Source: Kofleriaceae bacterium
Lineage (GTDB): Bacteria; Myxococcota_A; Polyangia; Haliangiales; Haliangiaceae
Direction: 5' to 3'
Assembly: GCA_046597055.1 (NCBI GenBank)
Contig: JBKJLC010000008.1
Coordinates: forward strand, 1-54,034
DNA length: 54,034 nt
Positions 23,748 to 33,805 of the stretch are shown here, piece after piece. The translations under genes were made by a program, and so were the position numbers. The notes beneath the pieces were generated by a model. That model made no database searches. It was not told the origin of the DNA and saw nothing but the letters and a program-made list of their open reading frames with translations. How positions within the stretch are numbered: position 1 is the stretch's first letter; each line of letters opens with the position of its first letter.

Positions 23748-24899
23748 TTGCGCCACCACGTCTACTTCTCGCCCGGCATGTTCGGGTTCGGCCGCCTCGG
23801 CTCCTACAACTACTTCGTCCACGTCGAGCGCGAGCTGACCGCGCGCTTCCGGGCCGCCGGCCACGAGCTGGTCGCGCACATCATCGACGAGCTGCCGACC
23901 GCGTCGATCCGGCGCCGGTCGATCCGGCTGGCCGAGGTCGTCGCGCGCACCGCGACCGGGGGCGATCCGGTTCACCTGCTCGGGCACTCGACCGGCGGCA
24001 TCGACGCCCGGCTGGTGGCGTCACCGACCACGCGCTCGATCCCGACCGACACGCTGGCCTGGCTGCCCCGGCTGCGCAGCGTGACCACGATGAACACGCC
24101 GCACTACGGCACGCCGCTCGCGAGCTTCTTCACGACCTCCAACGGGCAGCGCCTGCTGGCCGCGCTGTCGATGCTCACGGTCGCTGGCTTGTCGCTCGGC
24201 AAGCAGCCGCTGCGCGCGACCAGCGTGATCCTCGGGTTCCTGCCGCAGGGTAGGCTCGCGATCCCGTTCAAGCTGCTGATGCTCGACCGCGCGGTCGAGT
24301 CACTGACCGGCATGATCGACGACGCCGGCGGGCCCGAGGTCCGCACGTTCCTGGCGGCCATCCAGGACGACCAGGGCTCGATGCTGCAGCTCAGCCCCGA
24401 GTCGATGGACCTCCTGGTCGAGGGCATCGACGACCGGCCGGGGGTGCGCTACCAGACGACCGCGTCGATGGCGCCGAGCCCGGGGCCGCGCCGGTGGCTC
24501 GACACGCTCGGCCACCCGCTGCGCACCCTGTCGATGTCGCTGTTTTTCGGCCTCCACCACCTCACCGCCGCGGCGGCCGAGCGCTACCCGTGTGCGGCGA
24601 TGGAGGGGCCCACCCCGTCGACCGGCGCCACCTGCGAGGCGCAGCTGGTGCGCGCGTTCGGCCGGTGCCCCACGCTCGAGGACAACGATGGCGTGGTCCC
24701 CCTCCGCTCGCAGCTGCGCGGCAACCTGATCTGGGCCGGCCTCGGCGACCACCTCGACGTCCTCGGTCACTTCCGCGAGGATCGCCTCGACGTGCCCGAC
24801 GAGCTGCGCCATCGCGACTGGCTCACCAGCGGCTCACACTTCACCCACGCCACCTTCGAGTCGCTGATGGACGCGATCGCCGGCGGCATGCTGGCCTGA
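23748..24899 (+). CDS. Lipase-like alpha/beta hydrolase
   Basis: PGMFGF oxyanion region, GHSTGG nucleophile elbow, TPHYGTPLA, NDGVVP, DHLDVLGH. Confidence 0.85.
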   Translation: MRHHVYFSPGMFGFGRLGSYNYFVHVERELTARFRAAGHELVAHIIDELPTASIRRRSIRLAEVVARTATGGDPVHLLGHSTGGIDARLVASPTTRSIPTDTLAWLPRLRSVTTMNTPHYGTPLASFFTTSNGQRLLAALSMLTVAGLSLGKQPLRATSVILGFLPQGRLAIPFKLLMLDRAVESLTGMIDDAGGPEVRTFLAAIQDDQGSMLQLSPESMDLLVEGIDDRPGVRYQTTASMAPSPGPRRWLDTLGHPLRTLSMSLFFGLHHLTAAAAERYPCAAMEGPTPSTGATCEAQLVRAFGRCPTLEDNDGVVPLRSQLRGNLIWAGLGDHLDVLGHFREDRLDVPDELRHRDWLTSGSHFTHATFESLMDAIAGGMLA

Positions 24900-24909
24900 G
24901 CCACCCGGT

Positions 24910-24937
24910 CGGCGCCCCCGGGCCGGCCGGGGCGCCG
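24910..24937. terminator. GC-rich hairpin between convergent genes
   Basis: CGGCGCCCC / GGGGCGCCG 9-bp stem; no U-tract. Confidence 0.35.
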
Positions 24938-24941
24938 CCCG

Positions 24942-25865
24942 TCAGTCGATGAACGGCTCGGCCGACGACCACAGCGGCACGCCGGCGCCGTTGGCGTCGA
25001 CCCCGAACTTCACTTCGCCCGGGCTCAGCGCGCGCTCGTCGACCAGGGCGGTGCCGCCGCCCTCGTTGAAGTGATAGAGCGCGGCGGTGTCGGCGTCGAC
25101 CACCGACTGCGCGGTCGGCGGGGTGAACTCGGCGGTGTAGCGCACCACGGTCGAGATCCGGAGCTCGTCGACGAAGCCGTCGAGCCCGTTGCGCGTGGCG
25201 AGCTCCTGCTTCTCGCCGCCGATGACCAGGAACGGATCCTTGCCCGCGCCGGACGCGCCGTCCTGGTAGCTGACGTCGCCGGCGGGCCCGGTCGCCGAGC
25301 CGGCCGCGACACCGTCGAGCCAGACGGTCACCAGGCGCGACCCGACGTCGCGGGTGATCGCGACGTGGTGCCAGCCGAGGCCGATCACGCCGGTCGCCGG
25401 CGCCCCGCAGATGCCGACCCCGGTGGTGCCCTGCCCGAGCCCGAACCCGACCCGGTCGCGGAACAGCGACAGGCCAAACTCGCCGTGCGGGCCGTCGCCG
25501 CTGCGGTCGCGATCGAGGACGACGTGACCGGCCTTCCAGCCGTCGCGCCCGGCGGTACAGGCGTCGGCCGCCGGCAACACGACGCCGGGTCCGACCCGGT
25601 ACCACAGCTCGATCGTGAAGCTGCCGGCCCCGACGTCGGCCGGGACCTGAGGATCGATCCGGATCTCGGCGCGATCGGCGCCGGGGGCGCGGCTGTTGAA
25701 GAAGCGGAGCGAGCCGGGGCTGCCGCCGGGCGGGCCGTCGACCACCTCGAGCGCATCGGGCACGCTGCCGTCGCCGTCGCTGGTGCCGCCGTCACCATCA
25801 CCGCCGCCGGCGTCGTCGCTCCCACACGCGCACAGGAGGAGGGTCGCCACGACCAAGCGCTGCAT
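24942..25865 (-). CDS. LamG / concanavalin-like jelly-roll lipoprotein
   Basis: Lipobox LCAC; FTIELW, GWHHVAITRD, GFVDELRIS..RY, ALYHFNEGGG. Confidence 0.8.
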   Translation of the reverse strand: MQRLVVATLLLCACGSDDAGGGDGDGGTSDGDGSVPDALEVVDGPPGGSPGSLRFFNSRAPGADRAEIRIDPQVPADVGAGSFTIELWYRVGPGVVLPAADACTAGRDGWKAGHVVLDRDRSGDGPHGEFGLSLFRDRVGFGLGQGTTGVGICGAPATGVIGLGWHHVAITRDVGSRLVTVWLDGVAAGSATGPAGDVSYQDGASGAGKDPFLVIGGEKQELATRNGLDGFVDELRISTVVRYTAEFTPPTAQSVVDADTAALYHFNEGGGTALVDERALSPGEVKFGVDANGAGVPLWSSAEPFID

Positions 25866-25984
25866 GGACCACAGCGTAGCGCGGGTCCGGCCGGCGACCG
25901 CGGCGCAAGCTCGCGCGCGGGCTCACCGTGGATCGGGGTCGCCGACCGCGGCCGCGCCGCGCGCGATCCCGGGCGGCCAGCCTC

Positions 25985-26599
25985 CTACCGTCGGGGTCGA
26001 TCGCCCATGGGTAGCTCGGCGCCCTCCCGACCGACGTAGGCGACGGCGACCACGGGCTGCCCCGGCTCGGGTTCGCCCAGCAGACTGAAGAAGACGGGCC
26101 CCTTCGAGACCGGGTTAGCGCCCTGGAAGGCACGCTGCGCAAAGTCCCGAAGCTCGTCGAGGCCCAGGTGCGCGGTCTCGATCCGGCAGAGCGCTCCGCG
26201 GCACTCCACCCGGTGAACCGCGGAGCCGGCCGGAAGCACCGCGCGCACGGCCGTGTCGAGGTCTCGTGCCAGCTCCGGCGAGGTGGCCGATGGCTCGGCG
26301 ACAAAGGCGCGCTCGATCCGGGCCCCCATGTCCGCGACCGTCGGCACCTCGGCCGCGGCGCCGTCCCTGGCGGCCGGCGCGTCGGCCGCATGCTCGCCAC
26401 GATCCGCCACGGGGTGCGCGGGTGCCGTTAAGACCGGCCGGCTCAGGGCCAGTCGAGCAGGCGCCCGTCCGGCGCCCTGCGCGGCCCGCGGCGAGTCGAT
26501 CGATACTGGCGTGGGCGGGTCCGCCCGACGTGCCGCATGCCGCAGGTAGACGCCGCCAGCAAGGACGGCGAACGCGAGAACGAGGATCCATGGCTTCAC
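25985..26599 (-). CDS. Membrane-anchored hypothetical protein
   Basis: AGGAG SD, N-terminal TM, C-terminal domain with VECRGALCRIE. Confidence 0.7.
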   Translation of the reverse strand: MKPWILVLAFAVLAGGVYLRHAARRADPPTPVSIDSPRAAQGAGRAPARLALSRPVLTAPAHPVADRGEHAADAPAARDGAAAEVPTVADMGARIERAFVAEPSATSPELARDLDTAVRAVLPAGSAVHRVECRGALCRIETAHLGLDELRDFAQRAFQGANPVSKGPVFFSLLGEPEPGQPVVAVAYVGREGAELPMGDRPRR

Positions 26600-26684
26600 A
26601 GGCGAGCTCCTGAAAGAGGTATGCGGACCACGAGAGTCGGAGCGGCCCTCCGCCCCGGCTCCCGGCAACGAGTGGCTCGCGCGG

Positions 26685-27143
26685 TTACCAGTTCACCGTG
26701 TGGACCCGGCCGCCCGGCAGCGTGTAGCAGTCGAGCATCGCCGTCCCGCCGGACGGCACCCACACGCTGAGATTGACCGACGCGGCGGGGCCGAAGAACG
26801 GCAGCCCGGTCCCCGGGTTGTAACCGCCGGCGTAGACACCCTTGTCGGTCCATGCCTGGATCTGGCAGAAGACGTCGCTCGCCGCCGACCCGGCCTGGGC
26901 CGTGACGGTCGTGTGGTACCAGCCGAAGGTGCTGCCATCGAGGACCAGCGGGATGTGCCAGTACACCGGGCTGCCGCAGGTGTTGGTCATCGACGGGCCG
27001 TGCGGGGCCCAGCAGCCTGCCTCGGAGAAGTAGGCCGAGCTGCCGCTGCGGGCCGAGATGCTGCGCGCCTCCGACGAGACGGGCGAGCCGGCCAGCAGCA
27101 GACCGAAGGTGGCGACCACGGACAAAGACTGAAGCTTCGACAT
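26685..27143 (-). CDS. Secreted Cys-containing hypothetical protein
   Basis: GAGGAG SD, signal peptide, four Cys, terminal Trp. Confidence 0.75.
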   Translation of the reverse strand: MSKLQSLSVVATFGLLLAGSPVSSEARSISARSGSSAYFSEAGCWAPHGPSMTNTCGSPVYWHIPLVLDGSTFGWYHTTVTAQAGSAASDVFCQIQAWTDKGVYAGGYNPGTGLPFFGPAASVNLSVWVPSGGTAMLDCYTLPGGRVHTVNW

Positions 27144-27358
27144 CGAGATTCTCCTCTTGCGTTGTTCCCCAACCGCGCATCGTCACGCGCGACTCCGAAC
27201 ATCCGGAGTGCGCCACGCTGCCAGTTCCAGAGTGCTATCGACGGATCCAGGTCAATCAACCCGCGTCGTGCAGCACAAAGAGATGACGCCAGGGTCGGTC
27301 GACATTCCCGATGGCGCTGCCCGAAAATCGCGACCACGCCGTTCGCGGCAGTCCACGG

Positions 27359-27913
27359 TCACGCGGGCCGCCCGCCGTGCCGACACACCAGGATGGCCCG
27401 CAGCTTCTGGCGCGCGCGGGTGAGGCGGGTCCCGATGGTGACGGGCGGGACCGCGAGCAGCACGGCGATCTCGGCGTAAGTGCGGTGTTCGAAGATGTGG
27501 AGACGATAGACGTCCGAGAAGCGAGGTTCGAGCTCGTCCAGGGCGGCGCGGATCTGGTCCACGGTGATCGCCATCCAGATCGGCTCGGCGACCGCCTCGG
27601 GCGCCGACATCTGGGGCACGTCATCCAGCGACCGGAGCTGTGGACGGCGGGCCGAGGCCCGGGACCGGTCGATGAAGAGGTTGCGCATGACCGTGGTCAT
27701 CCACCCGCATGGGTTGTTCGGTAACGTCGTGCCGGCGCGCAACGCGTGCTCGCAGGTGTCCTGGACCAGGTCGGCGACCTCGGCCTGATTGCGGCAGAGG
27801 CGGCGCGCGAGCTGGGTCAGGAAGGGCTGCGCGTCGCGCAGCCATGTCGCCAGCGATCCGCTGGCGTCGGCGTCGGCCTCGATCGCGGTTGCGGACGCGT
27901 ACTGCTTGTTCAC
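27359..27913 (-). CDS. ECF-type RNA polymerase sigma factor
   Basis: Region 2 (ADLVQDT...WMTTVMRNLFIDRSR), region 4 (TYAEIAVLLAVPPVTIGTRLTRAR); GGAGG SD. Confidence 0.9.
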   Translation of the reverse strand: MNKQYASATAIEADADASGSLATWLRDAQPFLTQLARRLCRNQAEVADLVQDTCEHALRAGTTLPNNPCGWMTTVMRNLFIDRSRASARRPQLRSLDDVPQMSAPEAVAEPIWMAITVDQIRAALDELEPRFSDVYRLHIFEHRTYAEIAVLLAVPPVTIGTRLTRARQKLRAILVCRHGGRPA

Positions 27914-28003
27914 AGGACCTCCGGACCGGACCGGTCTCTGGCCCGCGCGCTCAGGCCCCCGACCCCCAGGCGCCCGTGACGCCACCCACCGTCGAGCACC
28001 GGC

Positions 28004-28417
28004 TCACGGACTCTTCGGATCGTGGGCCGAGCCGTTCCACACTCGCAGGGTGGTGCACTGGTTCGAACGGTCCCACGTGAAGGACACGTACGAGTCCCCG
28101 CTGATCGCGAGGGAAACGGTGACCAGGTTCGCGTCGCTGGTGGCGCACATGATCGTCACGCCATGCGCGTCCATGGCCTCGCACCAGAGCGCGAGGTCGG
28201 CGACGCCCGCGGTCGCCTGGAGTGAGCACCCGATGGTCTGTCGCCAGTCAGACGTGTTCCGCGCGCTGCCGAAGGAGCCCGACGCGGTGCGAGTGGCGAG
28301 GTCGACCTGGACCGGGTACGCGGCCTTGATGCCGGCCGAGGTCTCGTGGGCCAGCGTGACCCCGACGGCAAGCGTGGCAAAGCAGATGGCTGAGATCGTG
28401 ACCTTCTGGTTCCTCAT
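28004..28417 (-). CDS. Secreted Cys-containing hypothetical protein
   Basis: AAGGAGG SD, signal peptide, GSARN...IGC...C...C...FTW...C pattern. Confidence 0.75.
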   Translation of the reverse strand: MRNQKVTISAICFATLAVGVTLAHETSAGIKAAYPVQVDLATRTASGSFGSARNTSDWRQTIGCSLQATAGVADLALWCEAMDAHGVTIMCATSDANLVTVSLAISGDSYVSFTWDRSNQCTTLRVWNGSAHDPKSP

Positions 28418-28580
28418 ATGTCCTCCTTCCCGCTGGAGGAGGCGCCGGATCGATGTCGCGGCGTCCCGGACGCGATGCCTGCCTCCGCCAAGCTCTGCCA
28501 TCCGACGTCGGTGCGCCGCCGGTCTCGGAGCGGGCCGGTCTCGCATTGTGTCCAGGCCGCGGCGGCGGTACGGCTAGGCG

Positions 28581-30092
28581 ATGGACGATGTCGCCCGCGA
28601 GACTCACGAGCTCCTCACCCGCCTCGGCGTGACCCCGGCCGCGTTCGCGAGTGGGCCGTTGACCGCACGCTCGCCGATCACGGGCGAGGTCATCGGGCGG
28701 GTCGCCGAGGCCTCGGCGGCCGAGGTGGCGGCGGCGGTCGGCGCGGCCCACGCGGCGTTCGCGGTGTGGCGCGAGGTGCCGGCGCCCCGGCGCGGCGAGC
28801 TGGTCCGGCTGTTCGGCGAGGAGCTGCGCGCGGCCAAGGCCGATCTCGGGCGGCTGGTCACGATCGAGGCCGGCAAGATCGGCTCGGAGGGCCTGGGCGA
28901 GGTCCAGGAGATGATCGACATCTGCGACTTCGCGGTCGGGCTGTCGCGCCAGCTCTACGGCCTGACCATCGCGACCGAGCGCCGCGACCACCGGATGATG
29001 GAGACCTGGCACCCGCTCGGCGTGGTCGGCATCATCTCGGCGTTCAACTTCCCGGTCGCGGTGTGGGCGTGGAACGCGGCGCTGGCGCTGGTGTGCGGCG
29101 ATCCGTGCGTGTGGAAGCCGTCGGAGAAGACGCCGCTGACCGCGCTGGCGACCCACGCGCTGCTGGACCGCGCGATCGCCCGCTTCGGCGAGGCCCCGCC
29201 CGGCCTCGCCCAGCTCGTCCTCGGCGGCGCGGTGGCCGGCGCCGCGCTGGTCGACGATCCGCGGGTGGCGCTGGTGTCGGCCACCGGCTCGACCGCGATG
29301 GGCAGGCTGGTCGCGCCCAAGCTGGCCGCCCGGTTCGCGCGCGCGCTGCTCGAGCTGGGCGGCAACAACGCGGCGATCGTCGCGCCCTCGGCCGATCTCG
29401 ATCTCACCGTGCGCGCGGTCGCGTTCGCGGCGATGGGCACCGCCGGCCAGCGCTGCACCACGCTGCGCCGGCTGCTCGCGCATGACGACGTCCACGACGC
29501 GCTGGTGGCCCGGCTCCAGCGCGCCTACGCGACGGTCGCGGTCGGCGATCCGCGCCAGCCCGACACCCTGGTCGGCCCGCTGATCGACGGCGGCGCCGCC
29601 GACGCGATGGCCGTGGCGCTGGCCGAGGTCCGAGCCCTCGGCGGCACCGTCCACGGCGGCGAGCCGGTCGCGGTCGGCCCCGGCGGCCACTACCGGCGCC
29701 CGGCGCTGGCGACCCTGGCCAGCCAGACCGGGCCCATGCTGCGCGAGACCTTCGCGCCGATCCTCTACGTCGTGCGCTACCGCGAGCTCGCCGAGGCGCT
29801 CGCCGCGCAGAACGCGGTCGCGCAGGGCCTGTCGTCGTCGATCTTCACCCGCGACCTGGGCGAGGCCGAGCGGTTCCTGTCGGCGGGCGGCTCCGACTGC
29901 GGCATCGCCAACGTCAACCTGGGCCCGTCGGGCGCCGAGATCGGCGGCGCGTTCGGCGGCGAGAAGGAGACCGGCGGCGGTCGCGAGTCAGGGTCCGACG
30001 CCTGGCGCGCGTACATGCGGCGCGCGACCAACACGATCAACTACGGCCGCACCCTGCCGCTGGCGCAAGGCGTACGCTTCGACGTCGGCTGA
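28581..30092 (+). CDS. amaB: ALDH7-family aldehyde dehydrogenase (L-piperideine-6-carboxylate dehydrogenase-like)
   Basis: PAPRRGELVR, GEVQEMIDICDFAVGLSRQLYG, LELGGNN, GTAGQRCTT, GGEKETGGGRESGSDAW. Confidence 0.93.
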   Translation: MDDVARETHELLTRLGVTPAAFASGPLTARSPITGEVIGRVAEASAAEVAAAVGAAHAAFAVWREVPAPRRGELVRLFGEELRAAKADLGRLVTIEAGKIGSEGLGEVQEMIDICDFAVGLSRQLYGLTIATERRDHRMMETWHPLGVVGIISAFNFPVAVWAWNAALALVCGDPCVWKPSEKTPLTALATHALLDRAIARFGEAPPGLAQLVLGGAVAGAALVDDPRVALVSATGSTAMGRLVAPKLAARFARALLELGGNNAAIVAPSADLDLTVRAVAFAAMGTAGQRCTTLRRLLAHDDVHDALVARLQRAYATVAVGDPRQPDTLVGPLIDGGAADAMAVALAEVRALGGTVHGGEPVAVGPGGHYRRPALATLASQTGPMLRETFAPILYVVRYRELAEALAAQNAVAQGLSSSIFTRDLGEAERFLSAGGSDCGIANVNLGPSGAEIGGAFGGEKETGGGRESGSDAWRAYMRRATNTINYGRTLPLAQGVRFDVG

Positions 30093-30213
30093 TCGAGCGG
30101 ATCGCGCCGGTAGCATCGGGCCGGTGGCACCGGGCAGCGGTGCCCGGGATCGACGTGCATCCGCTGCGGCCACAGGCAGGATGGATCAGCGTAGCCGGTG
30201 CGACGGCTCTCTA

Positions 30214-30265
30214 CCGTTCGTCCTGAGTGCAGCCCGACGCGGAGCGACGGGCGAAGTCGAAGGAC
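30214..30265 (+). repeat. Single REP-like unit of the CCTGAG...GTCGAAGG family
   Basis: CCGTTCGTCCTGAG-TGCA-GCCCGACGC GGA GCGACGGGC-GAA-GTCGAAGGAC; same outer arms and internal-hairpin layout as the units at 7288 and 53053. Confidence 0.65.
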
Positions 30266-30316
30266 CCCATCCAAACCGAAGGAAGGGCGCCCACCGGGCG
30301 CAATGCCAGGGGCGAT

Positions 30317-31039
30317 CTACGGCGCGGGTCCCGGCACCTCGCGCGGATCGATCGGGCCGTGCCGTCGCCATCCGACCCTGAGCAGCCAGCTCGCCGCCGG
30401 CACCACCGGTAGCCACTCGCCCATGGCGGCTCCGGACGGCACGGTGCCCGGGCGCCAGCCGTCGAAGCGGATCCCGCTCGAGTACGGATCGACCTGGGCC
30501 CGGCGCTGGACGACGCCGCCGAGGTCCTCGCGGTGCCGCCGCCAGTTGTTGATGACGTAGCAGAGCGCGTGCCGCGCCTGGCCCGGCGTGCGGATGACCG
30601 TGACGTGATAGCGCGACAGGAACACCTGGCCGCGGTGCGGGCGCGCCAGCCGGCGGTCGCGCGTGATCGCCTGGTTGAGCCGGCGGGCGGCCGAGATCTC
30701 GAAGCCCTGCATGCCGCGCGCGAGCGCGCGCTCGTCGTCGGCCTCGACCAGCAGGTGCACGTGGTTGTGCTGGATGCTGATGTGCACGATGCGGAAGTCA
30801 TGGCGCGGCAGCGTCGTGAGCATCGCGCGGCGGAGCGCCAGGTAGGCGCTGCGGCGACGGAGCCGCCCCACGGCGCGGCTGACGGCCAGGACGACATGGA
30901 CCGGTCGCGCGGGCGTGATGGGCGCGCGCTTGCGGACGCGCTGGTGTGGACGGCGGCCGGCGGGTGGCTTGCGACCGGCGCCGAGACGGCGACCGCCGTG
31001 GGTCCGGAACTCGAGCGTGGTCTGCCGCGACGCCGCCAT
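30317..31039 (-). CDS. RAYT-like / IS200-IS605 superfamily HUH (Y1) tyrosine transposase
   Basis: HISIQHNHVHLLVEA (HUH), RGQVFLSRYH, YVINNWRRH (catalytic Tyr), DPYSSG; N-terminal GGRRLGAGRKP; no tnpB adjacent. Confidence 0.88.
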   Translation of the reverse strand: MAASRQTTLEFRTHGGRRLGAGRKPPAGRRPHQRVRKRAPITPARPVHVVLAVSRAVGRLRRRSAYLALRRAMLTTLPRHDFRIVHISIQHNHVHLLVEADDERALARGMQGFEISAARRLNQAITRDRRLARPHRGQVFLSRYHVTVIRTPGQARHALCYVINNWRRHREDLGGVVQRRAQVDPYSSGIRFDGWRPGTVPSGAAMGEWLPVVPAASWLLRVGWRRHGPIDPREVPGPAP

Positions 31040-31052
31040 CTTGATTGCACCG

Positions 31053-31080
31053 ATATTATCCATGGAGCGGGTCGTGTCAA
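31053..31080 (-). promoter_or_regulatory. Sigma70-type promoter of the transposase
   Basis: Minus strand TTGACA-N16-TAATAT, with 13 nt between the -10 and ATG 31039. Confidence 0.65.
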
Positions 31081-31085
31081 CGATG

Positions 31086-31162
31086 TTGGAAAGCCGCGCC
31101 TCCGGGGCGTGGGTGGGCGGCTGAGGGCGCGGTGGGCGCGCCTTTCCACAAGGCCCACAGCC
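31086..31162. repeat. Partial copy of the branched palindrome at 53592-53763
   Basis: TTGGAAAG-C-CGCGCC...GGCGCG-C-CTTTCCA-CAAGG-CCCACAGCC parallels 53685-53763, with compensatory stem changes. Confidence 0.6.
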
Positions 31163-31254
31163 GCGCGGATCCCGGACCCTGATCAAAAAACTGTCCGGAT
31201 CCAGAGCGATGCGGGGAGGATCCCAGCGCGGCATCCCAGCCATCGCTACCGCCT

Positions 31255-31296
31255 CCGCTGCCGCTGCCGCTGCCGCTGCCGCTGCCGCTGCCGCTG
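31255..31296. repeat. (CCGCTG)7 microsatellite
   Basis: Seven perfect hexamers, intergenic. Confidence 0.95.
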
Positions 31297-31435
31297 GCTC
31301 AGGGAACCGGCAACCGCTCTGCTCGACCCGTGGGCGTCCCGCGCGGTCCAGCTGGGCGCATGGCGTCCCTCGACGTCGCGCTGCGCGAACCGACGCGGGT
31401 CCGAGCAACCCTCGTGAGCGGACGGCGCCGGGCGC

Positions 31436-31917
<482 letters not shown>

Positions 31918-31921
<4 letters not shown>

Positions 31922-32799
31922 GCGCCCGCCGCCGCGGCCTCGTCGGCCTCGATCGCAGCCTCGCCCTCGCGGTACGACGGATACCGCAGCGTGAGCCCGA
32001 GCGCGGCCTTCATCCGGGTGTTGCGGATCCGGCGGTTGCGATGGGCGATCCGCGCGGCGCCGGGCGCGAACATCGGGCGGGTCGGCGGCAGCGCCAGCCC
32101 CATCCGCTCGCACAGCCAGGTCGCGTAGTCGCGCTGGGTGGTCGGCTCGTCGTCGGCGACCAGGTAGCGGGCACCGCGCGGCGCGTGGTCCTCGGCGGCG
32201 AACACCACCCGCACCACGTCGTCGACGTGGATCCGCGAGATCGCGTGCTCGCCGTCATCGAGCAGGCGGTAGCCGCCGGCGCGCAGCCGGGCGCGCACCC
32301 CGCGGCCGGGCCCGTAGACCGGCGCCAGCCGCAGGATCACCGTGCGCAGCCGCTCGAAGGTCGAGGCCTCGACCGCGGCCTCGTCGTTCTGGACGCCCAT
32401 CATCGGCGGATCGTCGAGCGCGGTCGGGGTGTCCTCGTCGATCCAGGTCTCGTCGTCGGGCTGATCGCCGTAGAGCCCCGACGAGCTGAGGTGGATGAAG
32501 CACGCGGCGCCGGCGCCGTAGGCAGCCTGCAGCGCGGCCCGCACCCCGGCCCCGGGCGGCAGGCTCGCGATCGGCGGGATCGAGTACACGACCGTCGCCC
32601 CCGGCATGCCGCTCAGCGCGGGGCCGAGCTGCTTGGGCATGGCCGCGTCGAGGTACTTGACCTGGGCCCCGAGCACGCCGAGCGGGCCCAGCCGCCCGGT
32701 CGAGCGCGCACACACCCGCACCGGACGACCCGCCACCAGCGCCGCCTCGGCCAGCCGGGTTCCGAGGTAGCCGCACCCGAGGATGACCATCGGCGTCAT
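31918..32799 (-). CDS. NAD-dependent epimerase/dehydratase (atypical SDR)
   Basis: ILGCGYLG Rossmann motif, [30 protein letters not shown]. Confidence 0.88.
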
Positions 32800-32916
32800 C
32801 GACGCATCCTCCCACGGCGCGGGCCCTCGCGCAGCCGCGGGCACGTCGACGCGGCTGTGTCAGTGCACAGGCCCGCCGGCGGGGGGCGCCCCGCCCGCAG
32901 GTCTATGCTCCGCCCC

Positions 32917-33744
32917 ATGCTCCTCCCCGATACAGCGTTCATGGAAAGCTTCTACGACAAGTCGCTGCCGGTCGCGATCGAGATCGGCACGCGCATCATC
33001 GGCGCGCTGGCGCTGTGGATCGTGGGGCGGTTCGTCATCGCCGCGGTCCTGCGCGGCGTGCGCGGTGGCCTCGAGCGGCGCCGCCTGGAGCCGACCCTGA
33101 TCCGCTACATCAACAGCATCATGAGCGTGGTGCTCAAGCTGGTGCTGTTCATCCTGGTCCTCGGGGTGTTCGGGGTGGAGACGACCACCTTCGCCGGCCT
33201 GCTCGCCGCCGCCGGCATCGCCATCGGCATGGCCTGGTCGGGGCTCCTCGGCAACTTCGCCGCCGGCGTGTTCCTGGTCGTGCTGCGGCCATTCAAGGTC
33301 GGCGACATGATCACCGGCGGCGGCACCACCGGCGTGGTGCAGGAGATCGGCCTGTTCGTCACCACCATCGACACCGCCGACAACATCTGTACGTTCGTCG
33401 GCAACAGCAAGATCCTCGGCGACAGCAGCCAGAACTACTCGGCCAACCCGCACCGACGGGTCGACCTGACCGCCCAGCTCGCCCACACCGTGGACGCCGA
33501 CGACGCGATCCGCCGGCTGCGGCTGCGGCTGGCCGCGATCCCGCACGTGCTGGCGGTGCCGGCGCCGGTGGTCGAGCTCCTCGATGCCAACCTGGCCGGA
33601 CCGGTGCTCGCGGTGCGCCCGTCGACGGCGCCCGAGCACTACTGGGACGTCTACTTCGCGACCGCCCACGCCATTCGCGCCGAGTTTGCGGCCGCCGGTT
33701 ATCCCACCCCGGCCAGCCACACGGTGGTCCGTAGTGCCGCATGA
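32917..33744 (+). CDS. mscS: Small-conductance mechanosensitive channel
   Basis: Three TMs, GIAIGMAWSGLLGNFAAG, RPFKVGD, GVVQEIGLFVT, RRVDL. Start could be 32941. Confidence 0.92.
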   Translation: MLLPDTAFMESFYDKSLPVAIEIGTRIIGALALWIVGRFVIAAVLRGVRGGLERRRLEPTLIRYINSIMSVVLKLVLFILVLGVFGVETTTFAGLLAAAGIAIGMAWSGLLGNFAAGVFLVVLRPFKVGDMITGGGTTGVVQEIGLFVTTIDTADNICTFVGNSKILGDSSQNYSANPHRRVDLTAQLAHTVDADDAIRRLRLRLAAIPHVLAVPAPVVELLDANLAGPVLAVRPSTAPEHYWDVYFATAHAIRAEFAAAGYPTPASHTVVRSAA

Positions 33745-33805
33745 CGGCGCCGGTTGACAGCGGTGGGGGTTGTTCGACATCCTCGATGCTCCGAGGCATT
33801 CAGGA

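Noticed and set aside
27205..27230. Sigma54 or ECF promoter upstream of the 27143 gene
   Set aside because: GG-GC spacing is 9 rather than 10, and there is no convincing ECF -10 after GGAACT.
30317..31039. IS605/TnpB or IscB RNA-guided system
   Set aside because: No RuvC or HNH partner gene is adjacent; only the Y1 transposase is present.
31040..31408. Poly-Ala N-terminal extension of the transposase
   Set aside because: It comes from the microsatellite and palindromes; a good promoter sits just upstream of ATG 31039.
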